In this document: one piece after another, positions 14,822-30,024 of the stretch | Numbering within the stretch: position 1 is the first letter of the stretch | Layout of the letters: the number at the start of each line of letters is the position of its first letter | Source: Eledone cirrhosa | Lineage: Eukaryota | Direction: 5' to 3' | Assembly: GCA_964016885.1 (NCBI GenBank) | Contig: OZ024742.1 | Span: forward strand, 74,152,001-74,216,000 | Length of the DNA: 64,000 bases | Translations under genes and position numbers: made by a program | Notes under the pieces: model-generated | Told to the model about the DNA's origin: nothing | Database searches by the model: none | What the model saw: the letters and a program-made list of their open reading frames with translations, nothing else

Positions 14822-16836
14822 CCCCCTCTCTCTCGCTTTCTCTCTCCCCCCTCTGTATATATATATATATATATATACATACCAACTCATCCATCTTCAC
14901 ACACATTCATATATATTTATCAAACTTTATACTTTTGTTTTTGTATTTTACGATGTTTAAACGCCCAAAAGAAGGTTCTTTTAAAAATAAAATCTAATGA
15001 GTAACGACGAGGATCCTTAGAATTTATTTTTTTTAAATCTGTCTTTAGAAAGCCCTTTGAAGCTATCAGTTGTCCTTTAAAGAAAGCCTTATTTGAACAA
15101 ATAGCAAAAGACATGCAACGTAGAACACTTGATTTGAAGTATGAAGATGAATGTTATTTATTGCTGGATGTACTTAAAGTATCTCACAAAAACTAGGAGC
15201 AATTTTCTTGGACTCTTTCACACAGCCTTCTGCATAGCTGGTCATCTCTACTAATTCCATTCTTACATAACTCTCTTCTTACACCAGTCTTTCGTACACA
15301 CAACCAATAGTTTCAACGGTCGTCTGCTTTCATACAATTTCAATTGATCAGTGCTGGAATAATAAATTTGTATAAAGATTTAACACAAAGGCAGAAACAA
15401 GGAGGAAAAGTATCTAGCGAATGAAATCGACCTCTGTACATGACTGGTGCTTATTCCAACCAATGAGGAAACCTCTAGATGGTTACACGAATTTCTAGAA
15501 ATAACAGTCATATGTCGCTAAAAAAAACACGTTGGATACTGTGGTTTGGTTTCTATGCACAGAGAAAACAATGTTATGATCCCAGTTGGAATATTTATAA
15601 TCATAGATCTTTTTACTCAAGGCTGACCACGGGTTAAATAAGAGCAACAACAATAACTGGTACATATGTTATCGCCCTTCGAGGAAAAGAATGTAAAATA
15701 GATTCCAGTATAATTTGAACTCGAACATAGAGAGCTGAAAATAAATACTGAAATACATTTATCATTTCTGCCGCCTCTCTTATAAATATCGACGACCTTG
15801 AAGACAATTTTGAGATCAAGTTATTCTGTTGGTTATATATTTGTTGGATATATTTGGAATTTTGTAATCTATTTTCAGATATTGTTCTGTTTACCAAAAT
15901 AGTTTAACAACGAGCGAGCTTCTACGCGGTTGATCAGTGTGCTAGAAATACCAGCTAAATTTCAATTCAATTACAACATTCAAATCCCAATAGAGAGACG
16001 CATCAAATAATGTAATCCCTACATAATAATTACACATAAAATATAGGATGCTCACAACTTTTATGATGGGTCTGCAACAACCCAATTTGTAGCAATTATA
16101 CGTAAGATATGTATTTTGGGAGAACATTTTTGTATATAAATGGTGGACATTTGAGAGAAAAACCTTTTATATAAATCTATATTTTTTTAATCCTCATTAC
16201 ATTAGCCTTTATCTCAACGATGTGTTGTTTACGACTTAAGCTGTCTCTCACGTCATAATCTGTTTTACGAAATGATTTATGTCAAAGCATGTTTTGCGCC
16301 ATAGTCTGTATCTGACGTCATGGATTATATTTTACACTAATGCCTATGTCTTGTATCATAGTATGTGTAGTACATCATAGTCCGTATGTTATGTCATATA
16401 TGTATTCCACATCATAGTCAATATCGTATACGACAGTGTGCATCGTACACTGTTCTGTATAGTACATTATAGTCTGTGCGGCGTACATAGTATTTTATAC
16501 CATAGTGTGTATCTTACACAGTAGCATCCCTCATAGTCTGTATCTTATGTATCTACCTTGCACCATAATTTGTATCTTATGTATATGGTATTATCTTACG
16601 TCATAGTATATATCGTATAACATAATTTCCGCTTCACCAGCTGAGTAGTCTCCTCATAAATTTAAGTAATTTAGAAAATATAACCGAAAAAAAAAATAAA
16701 AAATAAAAAATAAAAAAAACGCTATATTTTGGGTTAACCTTAAAATATCTTCGTTATTCGTCAAAACTAGACTGGAGAGTGTCGTAAGCCATTCATTTGT
16801 AGGGACCTCATTGGGGCTCTCAGTTTTTATTTAGTA

Positions 16837-17195
16837 CTAGCAGTGGTACCCGGCGTTGCACGGGATAAGGTATTTTGGAACGCGGGCCGCCAACAAACCT
16901 AATCGTGGAAAAACTGCATGCCTGGACAATATGTAAAGAAAATAAACCGAATACTCTGATGGCTGAATAATCTTTAAGATTTTCCTCGATGAAGCAGGAA
17001 AAATGCAGGTTTTCACCTAATGCAGGCCCTAGGGGATCAAGAAAATGATTTTTTTATGTGCATAACACTCCTTGAAACATAAGTAATGCACATGTAAAGT
17101 TTGAAAAAATTCGGTTGGGTACTTCTCGAGTTTTAGGGATTCAAACACACAAACACACACACACACACAGACATCCTCAGTTTTATATATATAGA
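16837..17195 (-). mobile_element. Non-autonomous Helitron-like element
   Basis: Minus strand starts TC and ends CTAG, preceded by hairpin CCGTGCAACGCCGG; sits between A and T; internal (CA)n; ends shared with 58419-59192 and 60834-61715. Confidence 0.7.
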
Positions 17196-17569
17196 TAATT
17201 TGAGCAAGTTACCTTGGATGAGTCAATCTATCTGTAAGATTTTACACTCAGAAGTAGTTGAAATCAGCACTAACGAAAAACTTGCTTAGACTGGAATACC
17301 TCTTTTACATCTAGACAGACTGAGTTGTTTTAAAGTTAAGGAAAGTTTGTGGGAAATCGATAACTATAATTGCTGTGAAAAGTGGAAGGTATAATATTCC
17401 TGGACCTTTTCTTTCAACTGGAAGTAGCCCCAGAGGCGGTGGAACTGTTGTGTGTGTGTGTGTGTGTGGTGGGGGTGGGGGAAGAAGGACCCCCCCCAAT
17501 AATTATATTTTTCTGTCGAAACTACCAAAACACATGTATTTGTATATGCGCTACAATTTATGTACGTGT

Positions 17570-18300
17570 TATGTAGAGATAGATGGGAGAGATAGATATA
17601 GATATAGAGAGGGGGAGAGTTTGGTGGTAATTGATATAGAGAGGAAGGCTGGGAGGTGTGTTGTATATTAGATATAAAAAGGGGGAGAGATTGATGTTTA
17701 TTGATATAGAGAGGGGTATTGCAAGAGAGTTCTATGTAGTAGATATAGAGAGGGGAGAGAGTTTGGTGCAAATTGATGTAGAGAGGGGGGATTGGGAGAG
17801 AATGATGTAGGGTTGATGTAGAGAGGGGGAGAGTTTGGTGGTAATGAATAGAGAGGATTGATAGAGATATTTATTGATAGATATAGAGAGGGGAAGAGTT
17901 TGGTAGCGATAGAGTGAGAGGGAATGAGAGAGAGAGAGTGTTGCATGGTAGATATAGAGAGGGGATTGGAAGAGAGTTCCATGTAGTAGATATAGAGACG
18001 GAGAGAATTTGGTGTTAATTGATATAGAGAGGGGGATTGGGAGAGAGTGTTGTATGGCTAATGTAGAGAGGGGGTTTGGTGGTAATGAATAGAGTGAGAG
18101 CATAGATAAAGATAGGTATTGTTAGATATAGAGAGAGCGAGAGTGAGAGGGAATGGTAGATGTAGAGAAGGGATAGTTTGGTGGTAATCGATATAGGGTG
18201 GGGTCGGGAGAGAGTTCCGTGTAGTAGATAGAGAGAGGGTGAGAGTTTGGTGTTAAGTGATATATAGAGGGATATTGGAAGAGAGTTCCGTGTAGTAGTG
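17570..18300. repeat. GA-rich minisatellite
   Basis: Repeated gatatagagagggggagagtttggtg(g)taat units. Confidence 0.75.
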
Positions 18301-20691
18301 TGTGTTTTGGTAGTTTTTCCCCAAACTACTTGGATATCGCTACAATTTATGTACATGTTATGTTTATCGCATATCGAAGTTTTCTAACCATTTTAGAGTA
18401 CAAAGAGCTACACTAATCGCTACAACTAAATTGACCAAATTTGGGCCCTCCACCAATTCAGAAATGCTTCCACCGTCCCCGTGCCCTCCTGTATTAGACA
18501 GCTCTTTCATTTCTTTTTCCTACTCACGGTAATTAAATTTATCGATCTTATATGAATATCCCCTTTAGATTTTATTGTTGCCAAAACAGAGAGTTCTCCA
18601 GTTTTCTCGAATTTCCGACTTTAGTTAAACGAATTGAACGCAAACATAACATAGCAACAGTGGTAGAGTACGAATCCCAGACATCTCGCCTGGCTGTTCA
18701 ATATCCTATCGATCAGGCGGTGGATAGGCAGAATCGTAATAGCATCAGATAAATGTTTGTGGTATTTAGCTACGACCCATTATGTTCTGAGTTCAAATCT
18801 AGCAGTATCGATAAAATAAAGCACAATCTAGTACTGGGTCGATTTAATATTTTAGATTACAGATAATGAATATTCAGTTAGCTGTTCGATCAAATTAACT
18901 ACCTACTTGTTAAAGTAACATGTACGTGGCTGAGTATTACACACACGTCTGTTAATAAAATACGACTAATCAGATCTGGCATTCACTTAAGCTGGGTGAG
19001 TGAATCCTAAACTGGTTGATATAAACTTTGATTATTTATATAAACATCCTAGGCAATGGCATAACGACGTAGACAATAGCATGAGGCAACAATTGACGCA
19101 ATCATCTAGTCAATAGTGAAATAACTTGGTCAATGACGTCATGGCCTAGTCACTGCCTCGTTAACCTTATCCAATGACACAACACTATCATCGGTGGCCC
19201 GAGTCGATGACGTAATAGCTATAATTAGATGTTGTAAATGAAATCATTTTATGACATCAATTAGTTTTGGTGGTGTGCATGCCGTTCCAAGTACTCAAGT
19301 GATATGACGGACGTTGCTGTTGTTTGTATAATGTTACAAATATAGTTACAGTGTTGAAATAGTTTTTATTCCTCATATTTTTAAATAGATCGCCTCTACT
19401 CAGACAAAACCATAATACGTCTTGTATAGAGAATCATTAATACGGTTTCAATTCTCCAGTTGTAACCTACTCTTTAATGATACCATTGAAAAACTGAAAG
19501 GGAAATCCATGAACGTCACAACATATCTGTTTCCTCTCTAAAATATAAGACTTTTCATTCCAGACAATACAAGCCATAACTTAATATCGTGGTTGAGTAC
19601 TAGACTAAATGCAACACAATATTTCATTTTCACTCTTTGCATTCTGAGTTCAAATCAAGACGCAGACATCTTTATGGTTGGTTAGGAAGTTCTTTTCGTA
19701 ACATTGTGGCTGACGGTTCGATCCCACTGCACAGGATCGAATTTGGTGGACAGAAATCTGCAGGCACTTGTGCACACACACACACACTCTCGCATGCACA
19801 CACACAAACGGACACACGCACACACATGCATACATATGTGAGTGTGCGTATGTGTGTGCGTGCGCGCGTGCGTGCGTGTGTATAACAAAAACGCACGAAG
19901 AGAAAATAACTGAATGTGACCAAAGGCATACATTTGAATAGCAAAATCCATGGGAAGTGGTTGTGGGAATGTGCTGAATGCCGCACACGATAATTTTTTT
20001 AAAAATTAAATTTTCACCTAGCAACTATGAATGAGAAGCGGAAATATTTTCCAGAAGTTGAGAATAAATTTAATGCTGTGTTAATATATTTAGGTGATAA
20101 GATAATCTCATCATTGTTTCGAAGGAGAGGGACAGCTTTGGACACGATGTTTCAGCCTCAATTTGCCTCCATCAGTATTGTTCTATACCACTTTTCCGAA
20201 ACTGTGAGTTTATGTTGAATTTCTTAAAATTATCTCCCCTTCTCATCTAGTATTGCTAGCAATTGCTGCAAGGTGTTTCTTTTCCTTCTCTGTCTGCGAG
20301 AGAAATTAAAACAAATTGAGAATTTATCGAGTCGAGCACGGCATTCATTACACCACATATGACTTTATTATCTAAATTTATACCGCTGGTGACTTTCAGT
20401 TATTTTTTCTCTGCTCCTTTTATTCTCCGGGTAAACGCCTTCTCCATTCTGTCTGCCGGGACTGTGGGGCAGCCAGCACGTGGGACCCCATTTGCTCACT
20501 ATACAGAGAGATGGGGAGGGCGAGAGAGATGGAGGCGATGATAGTGGGAGTTCGGCTCTTCCGTGTTCGGACACATTGTACCTGTCAAGAGTGTATTTTC
20601 ATATTTGTCCATATTAGTTTTAATTATGTAAATTACTCTTTTTCAAAAATCTAACTAAATGGTTTAAATTGATGAAAAAACGGAGGTCACA

Positions 20692-23600
20692 AGATAAGAC
20701 GATGTTATGTTAATGAGGTACAACATTATTATGTTAATGAGGTAGGACAATTTCATGTTAATGAGGTAGGACAATGTTATATTAATGAGATAAGAAAATG
20801 TTATGTTAATGAGATAGGACAATGTTATGTTACTAAGGTAGGACAATGTTATGTTAATAAGGTAGGACAATGTTATGTTTATGAGGAAGGACAATGTTAT
20901 ATTAAGGAAGTAGGACAATGTTATGTTAATGAGATATGACAATGTAATGTTAATGAGGTAGGACAATGTTATGTTAATGAATTAGGACAATTTTATGTTA
21001 ATGAGGTAGGACAATGTTAAATTAATGAGGTAGGACAATGTCATATTAATGAGGTAGGACAATTTTATAATAATGAGGTAGGACAATTTTATTTAATGAG
21101 GTAGGAAAAGTTTATGTTAATGAGGGAAGACAATGTTATGTTAGAGGGGGACAATGCTATGAGGAAAATATTATTACCTCATTAACATAAAATTGTCTTA
21201 CATCATTAACATAAAATTATCTTACCTCATTAACATAATATTGTCCAACTGCATTAACATAATAATGTTCTACCTCATTAACATAATATTATCTTACCTA
21301 ATTAACATAATATTGTCCAACCTCAGAAACATATTGTCCTACCTCATTAACATATTTTCCTACCTCATTAACATGATATTGTCCAACCTCATTAATACAA
21401 TATTGTCCATAAAATTATCTTAGCTCATTAACATAAAATTTTCTTCCCTCATTAACATAAAATTATCTTACCTCATTAACATAATATTGGCCAACCTCAT
21501 TAACATAAAATTATTTGACAATATTATGTTAATGAGGTGAGATAATGTTATGTTAATGAGGTAAGATCATTTTATGTTAATGAGGTTCGACAATATTCTG
21601 TTACCTCATTAACATAATATTGTCCCACCTCATTAACATAAAATTTTCCAACCTTATTTACATAATATTTTCCTACCTCATTAACATAAAATTATATTAC
21701 CTCATTAACATAATATTGTCCCACCTCAGTAACATGATCTTGTCCTACCTTATTAACATAATATTGTCCAACCTCATTAACATAAAATTTTCCAACCTCA
21801 TTTAAATAACAATATCCTATCTCATTAACATAAAATTATCTTACCTCATTAAAGTAATATTGTCCAACCTCATTAACATAACAATATCTTACCTCATTAA
21901 CATAAAATTATATTACCTAATTAACATAATATTGTCCCATCTCAGTAACATAATATTGTGCTACCTCATTAACATAATATTGTCCAAAGTCATTAACATA
22001 ATATTGTCCAACCTCATTAACATAATATTGTCCAACCTCATTAAAATAAAATTATCTAACTTCATTAACATAATATTGTCCAACCTCGTTAACATAATAT
22101 TGTCCTACCTCATTAACATAATATTGTCCTACCTCATTAACATAAAATTGTCCTACCTCATTAACAAAATATTGTCCAACCTCAATAACATAAAATTATC
22201 TTACTTCATTAACATTATCCTAAAAAGGTCCTACCTCATAAACATAAAATTATCCTACATCATTAAAATAAAATTATTTTACCTCATTAACATAATATTG
22301 TCCAACCTCATTAACATAGTATTGACCAACCTCATTAACATGATATTGTCCAACCTCATTAACAGAAACTTATCTTACTTCATTAACATAATATTGTCTA
22401 ACCTCATTTACATAATATTGTCCTGTCTCATTAACATAAAATTATATTACTTCATTAACATAATATTGTCCAACCTCATTAACATAACATTATCTTACTT
22501 CATTAACATAATATTGTTCAACCTCATTAACATAATATTGTCCTACCTCATTAACATAAAATTGCCCTACATCATTAACCTAAAATTATCCTACCTACTT
22601 AACATAAAATTATCTTACCTCATTAACATAACATTGTCCAACTTTAATAACATAAAATTATCTTACTTCATTAACATAATAATGTCCAACCTCATTAACA
22701 TAACATTATGTTACCTCATTAACATAATATTGTCCCACTTCATTAACATAAAATTATCATAGCTCATTAAAATAATATTTTCCAACCTCATTAAAATAAA
22801 ATTATATAACCTCATTAACATAAAATTATATTACCTAATTAACATAATATTGTCCCACCTCCGTAACATAATATTGTCCTACACCATTAACATAATATTG
22901 TCCAATCTCATTATCATAAAATTATGTTAATTAGGTAATATAATATTATGTTAATCAGGTAAGATAATTTATGTGAATGAGGTTGGACAATATTATGTTA
23001 ACGAAGTAAGATAATTTTATGTTAATGAGGTTGGACAATATTATGCTAATGAGGTAGGACAATATTATGTTAATGTTAATGAGGTGGAACAATATTATGT
23101 TAATTAGGTAATATAATTTTATGTTAATGAGGTGGGACAATATTATGTTAATTAGGTAATATAATTTTATGTTAATGAGGCTGGACAATATTATGTTAAT
23201 GACTCTACACAATATTATTTTATGTTAATGAGGTAAGATCATTTTATGTTATTGAGGTTAGACAATATTATGTTAATGAGGGACGACAATTTTATGTTAA
23301 TGAGGTTGGACAATATTATGTCAATGAGGTAAGATAATTTTATGTTAATGAGGTAGGATAATTTTATGTTAATGAGGTAGGACAATATTATATTAATGAA
23401 GTAAGATAATTTTATGTTAATCAGGTTGGACAATATTATGTTAATGAAGTAGTACAATATTATATTAATGAGGTTGGACAATATTATGTTAATGATGTCC
23501 AACAATTTTATGTTAATGAGGCAGGACAATATTATGTTAATGACGTTGGACAATTTTATGTTAATGAAGAAAGATAAGTTTCTGTTAATGAGGTTGGATA

Positions 23601-24820
23601 TGACATTGTCTAACCTCATTAACATAAAATTATATTACCTAATTAACATAATATTCTCCCACCTCAGTAACACAATATTGTCCTACCTCATTAACATAAT
23701 ATTTTGCAACCCCCTTAACATAATATTGTCCAACATTCATTAACATAATATTGTCCAATCTCATTAACATAAAATTATCTTACTTCATTAACATAATATT
23801 GTCCAACCTCATTAACATAATATTGTCCTACCTCATTAACATAACATTTTCCTACCTCATTAACATAATATTGTCCAACCTCATTCACATAAAATTATCT
23901 TACCTGATTACCATAAAATTATATTACCTAATTAACATAAATTATATTACATAATATTGTCCTACCTCATTCACATATAATTGTCCTACCTCATTAACAT
24001 AATATTGTCTAACCTCATTTACATAAAAGTTTCCAACCTTATTTACATAATTGTTTCTACTTTAGGCACAAGGCCAGCAATTACCCAGTACATTACTGGT
24101 ACTTTATTTTATCGACCCCGTAAGGATGAAAGGCAAAGTTAACCTCGGCGGGATTTGAACTCAGACTGTAAAGGGACGTAACTATGCTAGAAAGCATGGC
24201 GTCCAACTCATTAAGCAGCCGTACATTCCATATTTATTACTCAAGCATTCAACGCATAAATGTCAATTCCATACTTCCACGATACATATTTTTCTCATGA
24301 TGACCCGAATAACTTTTTATTTCAATCTCTTACCTGACCTCATTAACATAACGTTCTCTTACCTAACCTCATTAACATACCATTGTCTTACCTGACCTCA
24401 TTAACATAAAATTATCTTACCTCATTAACATAATATTGTCCAACATCATTAGCATAATATTGTCCTACTTCATTGTCCTAATGAGATAGGCCAATGTTTC
24501 TTTAATGAGGTAGGACAATGTTATGTTAATGAGGTAGGACAATATTGTGTTAATGAGGTAAGACAATATCATGTTAATGAGGTAGGACAATGTTATGTTA
24601 ATGAGGTAAGACAATCTTATTTTAATCAGGTACGACAATATTATGTCAATGAGATAGGAAAATATGTCAATGAGGTAAGATAATTTAATGTTAATGAGGT
24701 AAGCCAATTTTATGTTAATAAGATCAGTTAAGTGATTGTTATGTTAATGAGGTCAGGTAAGACAATGGTATGTTAATGAGGTTAGGTAAGAGAACGTTAT
24801 GTTAATGAGGTCAGGTAAGA
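20692..24820. repeat. 24-bp satellite array with multiple internal inversions
   Basis: Unit ~ACCTCATTAACATAATATTGTCCT; orientation flips near 21170, 21515, 21600, 22915, 23600 and 24475. Confidence 0.92.
24050..24210 (-). mobile_element. 5'-truncated SINE inside the satellite
   Basis: Reverse complement of the SINE core and tail. Confidence 0.8.
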
Positions 24821-25293
24821 GATTGAAATAAAAAGTTATTCGGGTCGTCATGAGAAAAATATGTATCGTGGAAGTATGGAATTGACATTTATGCGTTGAA
24901 TGCTTGAGTAATAAATATGGAATGTACGGCTGCTTAAGTGTACCATAACAATAAAGCAATTGGTTTAACTCAGAAGAGGAGATATTGTTTTTGTTGTTTA
25001 ACCCCCAGGTCCTCGTTGTTTGTGCATATCTATGTGTCTGTCTTTCACTTTTAAGACGACTTTGCCAGCTATTTTTAGCAGGTCAAGTGGTCCCGTTGTG
25101 GCTGTCTCATTAGCTCAAGGAAGGGAGTTAGAGATGATATAAGATGAGAGAAAGTTGTTGAGAATGTTTATGTAACAGTAAAATGGGCTAAAGCGAAATG
25201 GGGAACCTTTTTAGTACGAATTTAGGACGAATTGCAAGTACATAACCGAGAAAAATAATGATTTTTCAATTTTACAACTTCATAAGTAACTTA

Positions 25294-25478
25294 CGAGGGT
25301 TGACTGAAAAGTTCATAGGCTGACTATGAAGGAATGAGGCTGGAGCTGTGAAATCCTGCATTCATTTATTTCAACTCTTCTTATTAATAACTGTATTCTT
25401 TCTTTCCAGAGACTATGTTAAAAAATAAACCTCATTTGGTCATTCCATGAGAGTATCTTCGTCAGTCTATGACCCTCG
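25294..25478. mobile_element. Tc1/mariner MITE, right TIR partly deleted
   Basis: TA|CGAGGGT...ACCCTCG|TA; homologous to 12665-12866. Confidence 0.75.
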
Positions 25479-25899
25479 TAAATTACTGTCTTGGTTCTCA
25501 AAAAGACATTTGTATAAGAAATTAAAATACATAAAATAATACAATCAAATAAAACCTGTTTTTCTGATTTATATATAATTTATCTTTACTGTCTTTTTAT
25601 TTTATACACTGTTTACTGATATATCTACTCATATTTTTGTACATACGTGGGGGTCGATGAAAGCTAAAGGATTCCAAGTAGAGGTCGGTGATATTGTTTT
25701 CATATCAATGTTTAGAAGCAACAAACGCTCTCAGTGAGCGGAGTGATCCTTAGGGAGCGGATGAGTAGTTTCAATTAGGCGTTCGTAGTATTCGTTTCGG
25801 ATCTCTGCGATCTGTGTTCAAATCTCGCCGACGTTAACTTTACCTTTCAATTTTTCAGAGTCGAGTCGATAAATTAAGTTTTCGTTCAATACTGGGATC

Positions 25900-26001
<102 letters not shown>

Positions 26002-26202
26002 CATTCTCTCTTTGTTCCCCTCTCCTCATTCTCCTTCTCTCTATCACCCCCCACCCCCATCCCAACTTTCTCTGAAATCAGAATAGAAATAGAAATAGTA
26101 AACAGGGTTATGTAAGTCACAAAGTAATATAATATATATTGCGGGATATTTTAGTGTTGAGTATGCCACAGAGATATGTTAATGTTTACATAAGGTGTGT
26201 AT

Positions 26203-26267
<65 letters not shown>

Positions 26268-26455
26268 GGATGTGCGTGTAAGTATGTGTTGCGTGTCCTG
26301 ACAAATTTATTTAAAATTACCAAATGTTTTAGTAACATTAGTTGTTATCAGTGAAAACAATTTTTGTTTTAAGTACCTTCATAGACACAGCATGTGTGTG
26401 TATGTATGTGTATGTATGTACGATGTATAAACGGATGTATGTATGAGTGTGTATG

Positions 26456-26507
<52 letters not shown>

Positions 26508-26749
26508 TTTATAGGGCGATTTGATGCGTTTGGTATAGTAGATGGTAGTTGGTAGGGTAAGTGTATTCCTATTTTACACCTGCTTGCAACTGACTTGCTG
26601 ACAGCTCACTACTTTTGGCTAGCTCCTGTGGTGAACCGGGAAGTAGTATTGTGTTTAAGATATCTCTCATTCATCAAAACTCCTGTCAGGCCTCCGTCAT
26701 TGCCACACGCAGTAGCTGTGTGTCTTACGGTTTTAGTTTAACTTTACCA

Positions 26750-28420
26750 GTGATCTCGTAGCAGCAGTAGACCTCAGAGATACAGTGTACAGACTCACTC
26801 TAATAGATATGCCCTAGCACTTATCAACCTCTGTCCTACTGTTTTATGGATGGGCCCAGGAAGACTAACTTTCGGGAAGTGCATCACGAAAGTGTACTCT
26901 TCTGAAATGTATATCTTGGATCTCTAAAATGTGGCACCGATGGAGAGTTTATTTATGAGAGCAAGCCTGAAAGTGTTGGTAGCTTGTAGTCAGAACTTTA
27001 CACGTCAGCAGCACAGAGATACGGTCGTTGACGTTTGATATTGAATGGAAGCTAACCCGGTAGACTTCAGTAGAGCTGAGAAGTTCTATCCAGGAATCCC
27101 GCTGCTTCCCCCAATCTCGAGAAAGGCTGGCCTTAAAATTATCTCTTAATTACAACGTAAAAAAAGCATTCATAAGTTGATGTCTTACCGTACAGACTGT
27201 ATGTTGTACCTAGTGAAACTAGGTTAATGGTGGAGCTCTCTTAACGAGTGTTATACCTTCTTATGGTAGAGTTACTCCGAGGATAGAAATCCTCCATATG
27301 GTTATTGTCTTGAGAAACAATCTGCTCTCTAAATTGACTGAGAAATCGGTTGGAATTCGTGAGGGGCTAACATCACTTTATACTCTTCTTGGTAAGTGTC
27401 TTTATGTTACCCCACAGTGTAACCATGAAACAAATCTGTCATAATGCGTTCCTAAGTGTAGGACTCAAATCGGAAAAATTAATATTGGATTGTAAAAGCA
27501 TAACAAATTAAAAAGTATGCAGACACGCATGGCATACACAATCTCGATGATGCGTCAAAATATAAAACAAAACAAAAAAAAAAAACCAAACCCCAAAAAA
27601 CAAACAAAAAAACAAACCCTCAATAGCCCAAATATTGCACTACACAAATAATCAAACGATACATCTCTACTGAGAACTACAGCAATATCGGAGCGCTGGG
27701 AAAAACTGTTCAATCAACTACTGTTGCTGCAGTTAATCGATTGCAATTCTAACAGCCGTCGTAGATATGAAGGCTGCTTGCAAAAGTTTTTTTTAAAGCT
27801 TTGCTAGCGTTTGCAAGTTACTAGCGACATTTTCATTACTTCTGACTTATAAGGAAAGGTGAAGACAAATGTAAGTTATGGTTCCTGCAGAGACTGACTA
27901 AAAGATTCGCTCTTGATGTTGCCACTTGGTATAATAGAGAATATACCACGGGGCAGTGGTTTTTCTATGCAATGTAGGGGCGGTTACCTCCTCGAGGTAT
28001 TACATACTTAAACTAGCCAAAAGCAGAAGAATTTTGCGAAATGTTCGTTACAAGCATCTCCTGTGAGATATCGACCGTTGCCGTAGTTAATGCAGCCGTC
28101 AAAACACTGAAAAAACACGAAAGATCATAGGCTGGATAATATTTCAGCAGAGATTTTTGAATGAGGATGGTTACTTGTCCACAAAAATCTCTATATTGCT
28201 ACATCACAGAGCCGTGAATTCAGGAGTGTACACTTCAACACTGGAAGAATGTGATCAATTTTATAAAGAGATAAATATGCTTTTTGTGACGGAAGAGATA
28301 TAACATTCCTGTTCATTGCTGGAAAAGACCTGGCCAAGGTCATACCCAGAAGACATCAGAACTACAGTGCAATTTCCGTGGAACACTCGACATGATCTTC
28401 GTTACAAGTAATTAGTCTGC
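26750..28420 (+). pseudogene. Decayed RTE-clade LINE (APE and pre-RT fragments)
   Basis: Fragments translate to PSETRL, YTFLW, GLDNISAEIF and ITFLFIAGKDLAKVI, matching RTE ORF motifs; many stops and frameshifts. Confidence 0.55.
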
Positions 28421-28895
28421 CCACTACTAATTTTCATAGAAAAAGCATATGTGCTTTTACAATTCTCCAGAAAGGCCGGTAGATAGGTAAATATTGCTGA
28501 TGAGTTGTAACAACAACGAAACTAGTTCAATATTCCTTGTCTGGCTTTCTGGAGAATAGGGGGAAGGTGTTCCCCCGAAAAACCAGTATGACTCTAAAAA
28601 CCGGTTTGTCTGTGTGTTTACATACAGAATAGCTGGGCCGCTCACTGTAAAGCGACCAGTGAAAGACTTGGTACACCTACATATGTATACGTGTGTGTAT
28701 TCATATACACACTAGTATTTCAGTATGCATATGTAGATGTACATTTTTAACTTAATTGTTTAAGCGTCAGTCATACAAAAGTGAGTTACAAACGAAACGA
28801 AATTTAATTTCGTTTCGTTATTTGTTTGATATATATATATATATATATATATATAGTTTTGCGAGGTTTTTTTATATGAAATCGTGTGTCGAAAC

Positions 28896-29530
28896 AGATA
28901 TTGTTATATTTGGGGAGGGTCATATTTGCGTAATATTGCCAGAATTAATAACAGAACACACTCACTGTTTGGTTGGTTTTCGCTTCTTGCTGTCTTTTAT
29001 ATATATATATCTGCGACTAACTTACTCGGTCCTCAATGTTGCCATTGACTGACCGGCGGTCAAAAATAATACAGATACAATATAGACAAACACATATATA
29101 TATAGTTTACATAATTTACATAAATCTTTCGTTGCACATCTGCAACATCGTCAGTGGTGTTATATTCATTGTTCCTCCTGTTGTGTTGTATGTCTACGCC
29201 ATTTTTTTTTGTTTTTTTTGGAACAAAAAAAAATGGCGTAGACATACAACACAACAGGAGGAACAATGAATATAACACCACTGACGATGTTGCAGATGTG
29301 CAACGAAAGATTTATGTAAATTATGTAAACTATATATATATGTGTTTGTCTATATTGTATCTGTATTATTTTTGACCGCCGGTCAGTCAATGGCAACATT
29401 GAGGACCGAGTAAGTTAGATCGCAGATATATATATATAAAAGACAGCGAGAAGCGAAAACCAACCAAACAGTGAGTGTGTTCTGTTATTAATTCTGGCAA
29501 TATTACGCAAATATGACCCTCCCCAAATAT

Positions 29531-29540
<10 letters not shown>
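28896..29540. mobile_element. Fold-back palindrome (~320-bp arms, centre 29217/29218) of a PLE-like end
   Basis: Mirror ORFs 29036-29269(+) and 29166-29399(-); ends at (TA)n; hammerhead in each arm. Confidence 0.85.
29275..29317 (+). ncRNA. Type I hammerhead ribozyme (mirror copy 29118-29160, minus strand)
   Basis: ca CTGACGA t gttgca gatg tgcaac GAAA gatt TA tg; stem I is short. Confidence 0.7.
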
Positions 29541-29596
<56 letters not shown>

Positions 29597-29732
29597 TATA
29601 TATATATATCTTTTTATATCAGTATATATATATATTTATCTTTTTCCTTTCTTCCTTTTTTCTTTTTTAATTTCTAATCTTTAATCTGTAACTTTTACTT
29701 CTCAATTACTTCTTAATTCATATTATTACTCA

Positions 29733-29925
29733 CGGTGGATTGGCAATATCGGTAGAGGGTCGGGCGCCATGCTTTGAAGCATATAGTTACCTCCCTTTAT
29801 GATCTGAGTTCAAATCCCGCCGAGGTTAACTTTACCTTTCATCCTTACGGGGTCGATAAAATAAAGTACCAGTAATGTACTGGGATAATTGCTGGTCTGG
29901 TGCCAAAAGTAGAAGCAATTATTAC
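29733..29925 (+). mobile_element. tRNA-derived SINE
   Basis: Full head, core and tail; flanked by TATTACTCAC, a likely target-site duplication. Confidence 0.85.
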
Positions 29926-30024
29926 TCACTATAGCATTTTCTATTTTTCCTTATATTATTGGCCATAGAAATTATATTTTTTTAATATATAATAATATTA
30001 CCATTAGAAAATTTTGTAAACATA

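Noticed and set aside
15048-15200. Protein-like frame KPFEAISCPLKKALFEQIAKDMQRR after a plausible acceptor
   Set aside because: No recognisable family and a weak donor; cannot be supported without BLAST or RNA data.
21860-22762. 300-aa LINIILS repeat ORF resembling an LRR protein
   Set aside because: It is a by-product of a 24-bp satellite that is in frame by length and occurs on both strands.
20692-24820. CRISPR-like regular repeats
   Set aside because: No unique spacers, no cas genes, eukaryotic context.
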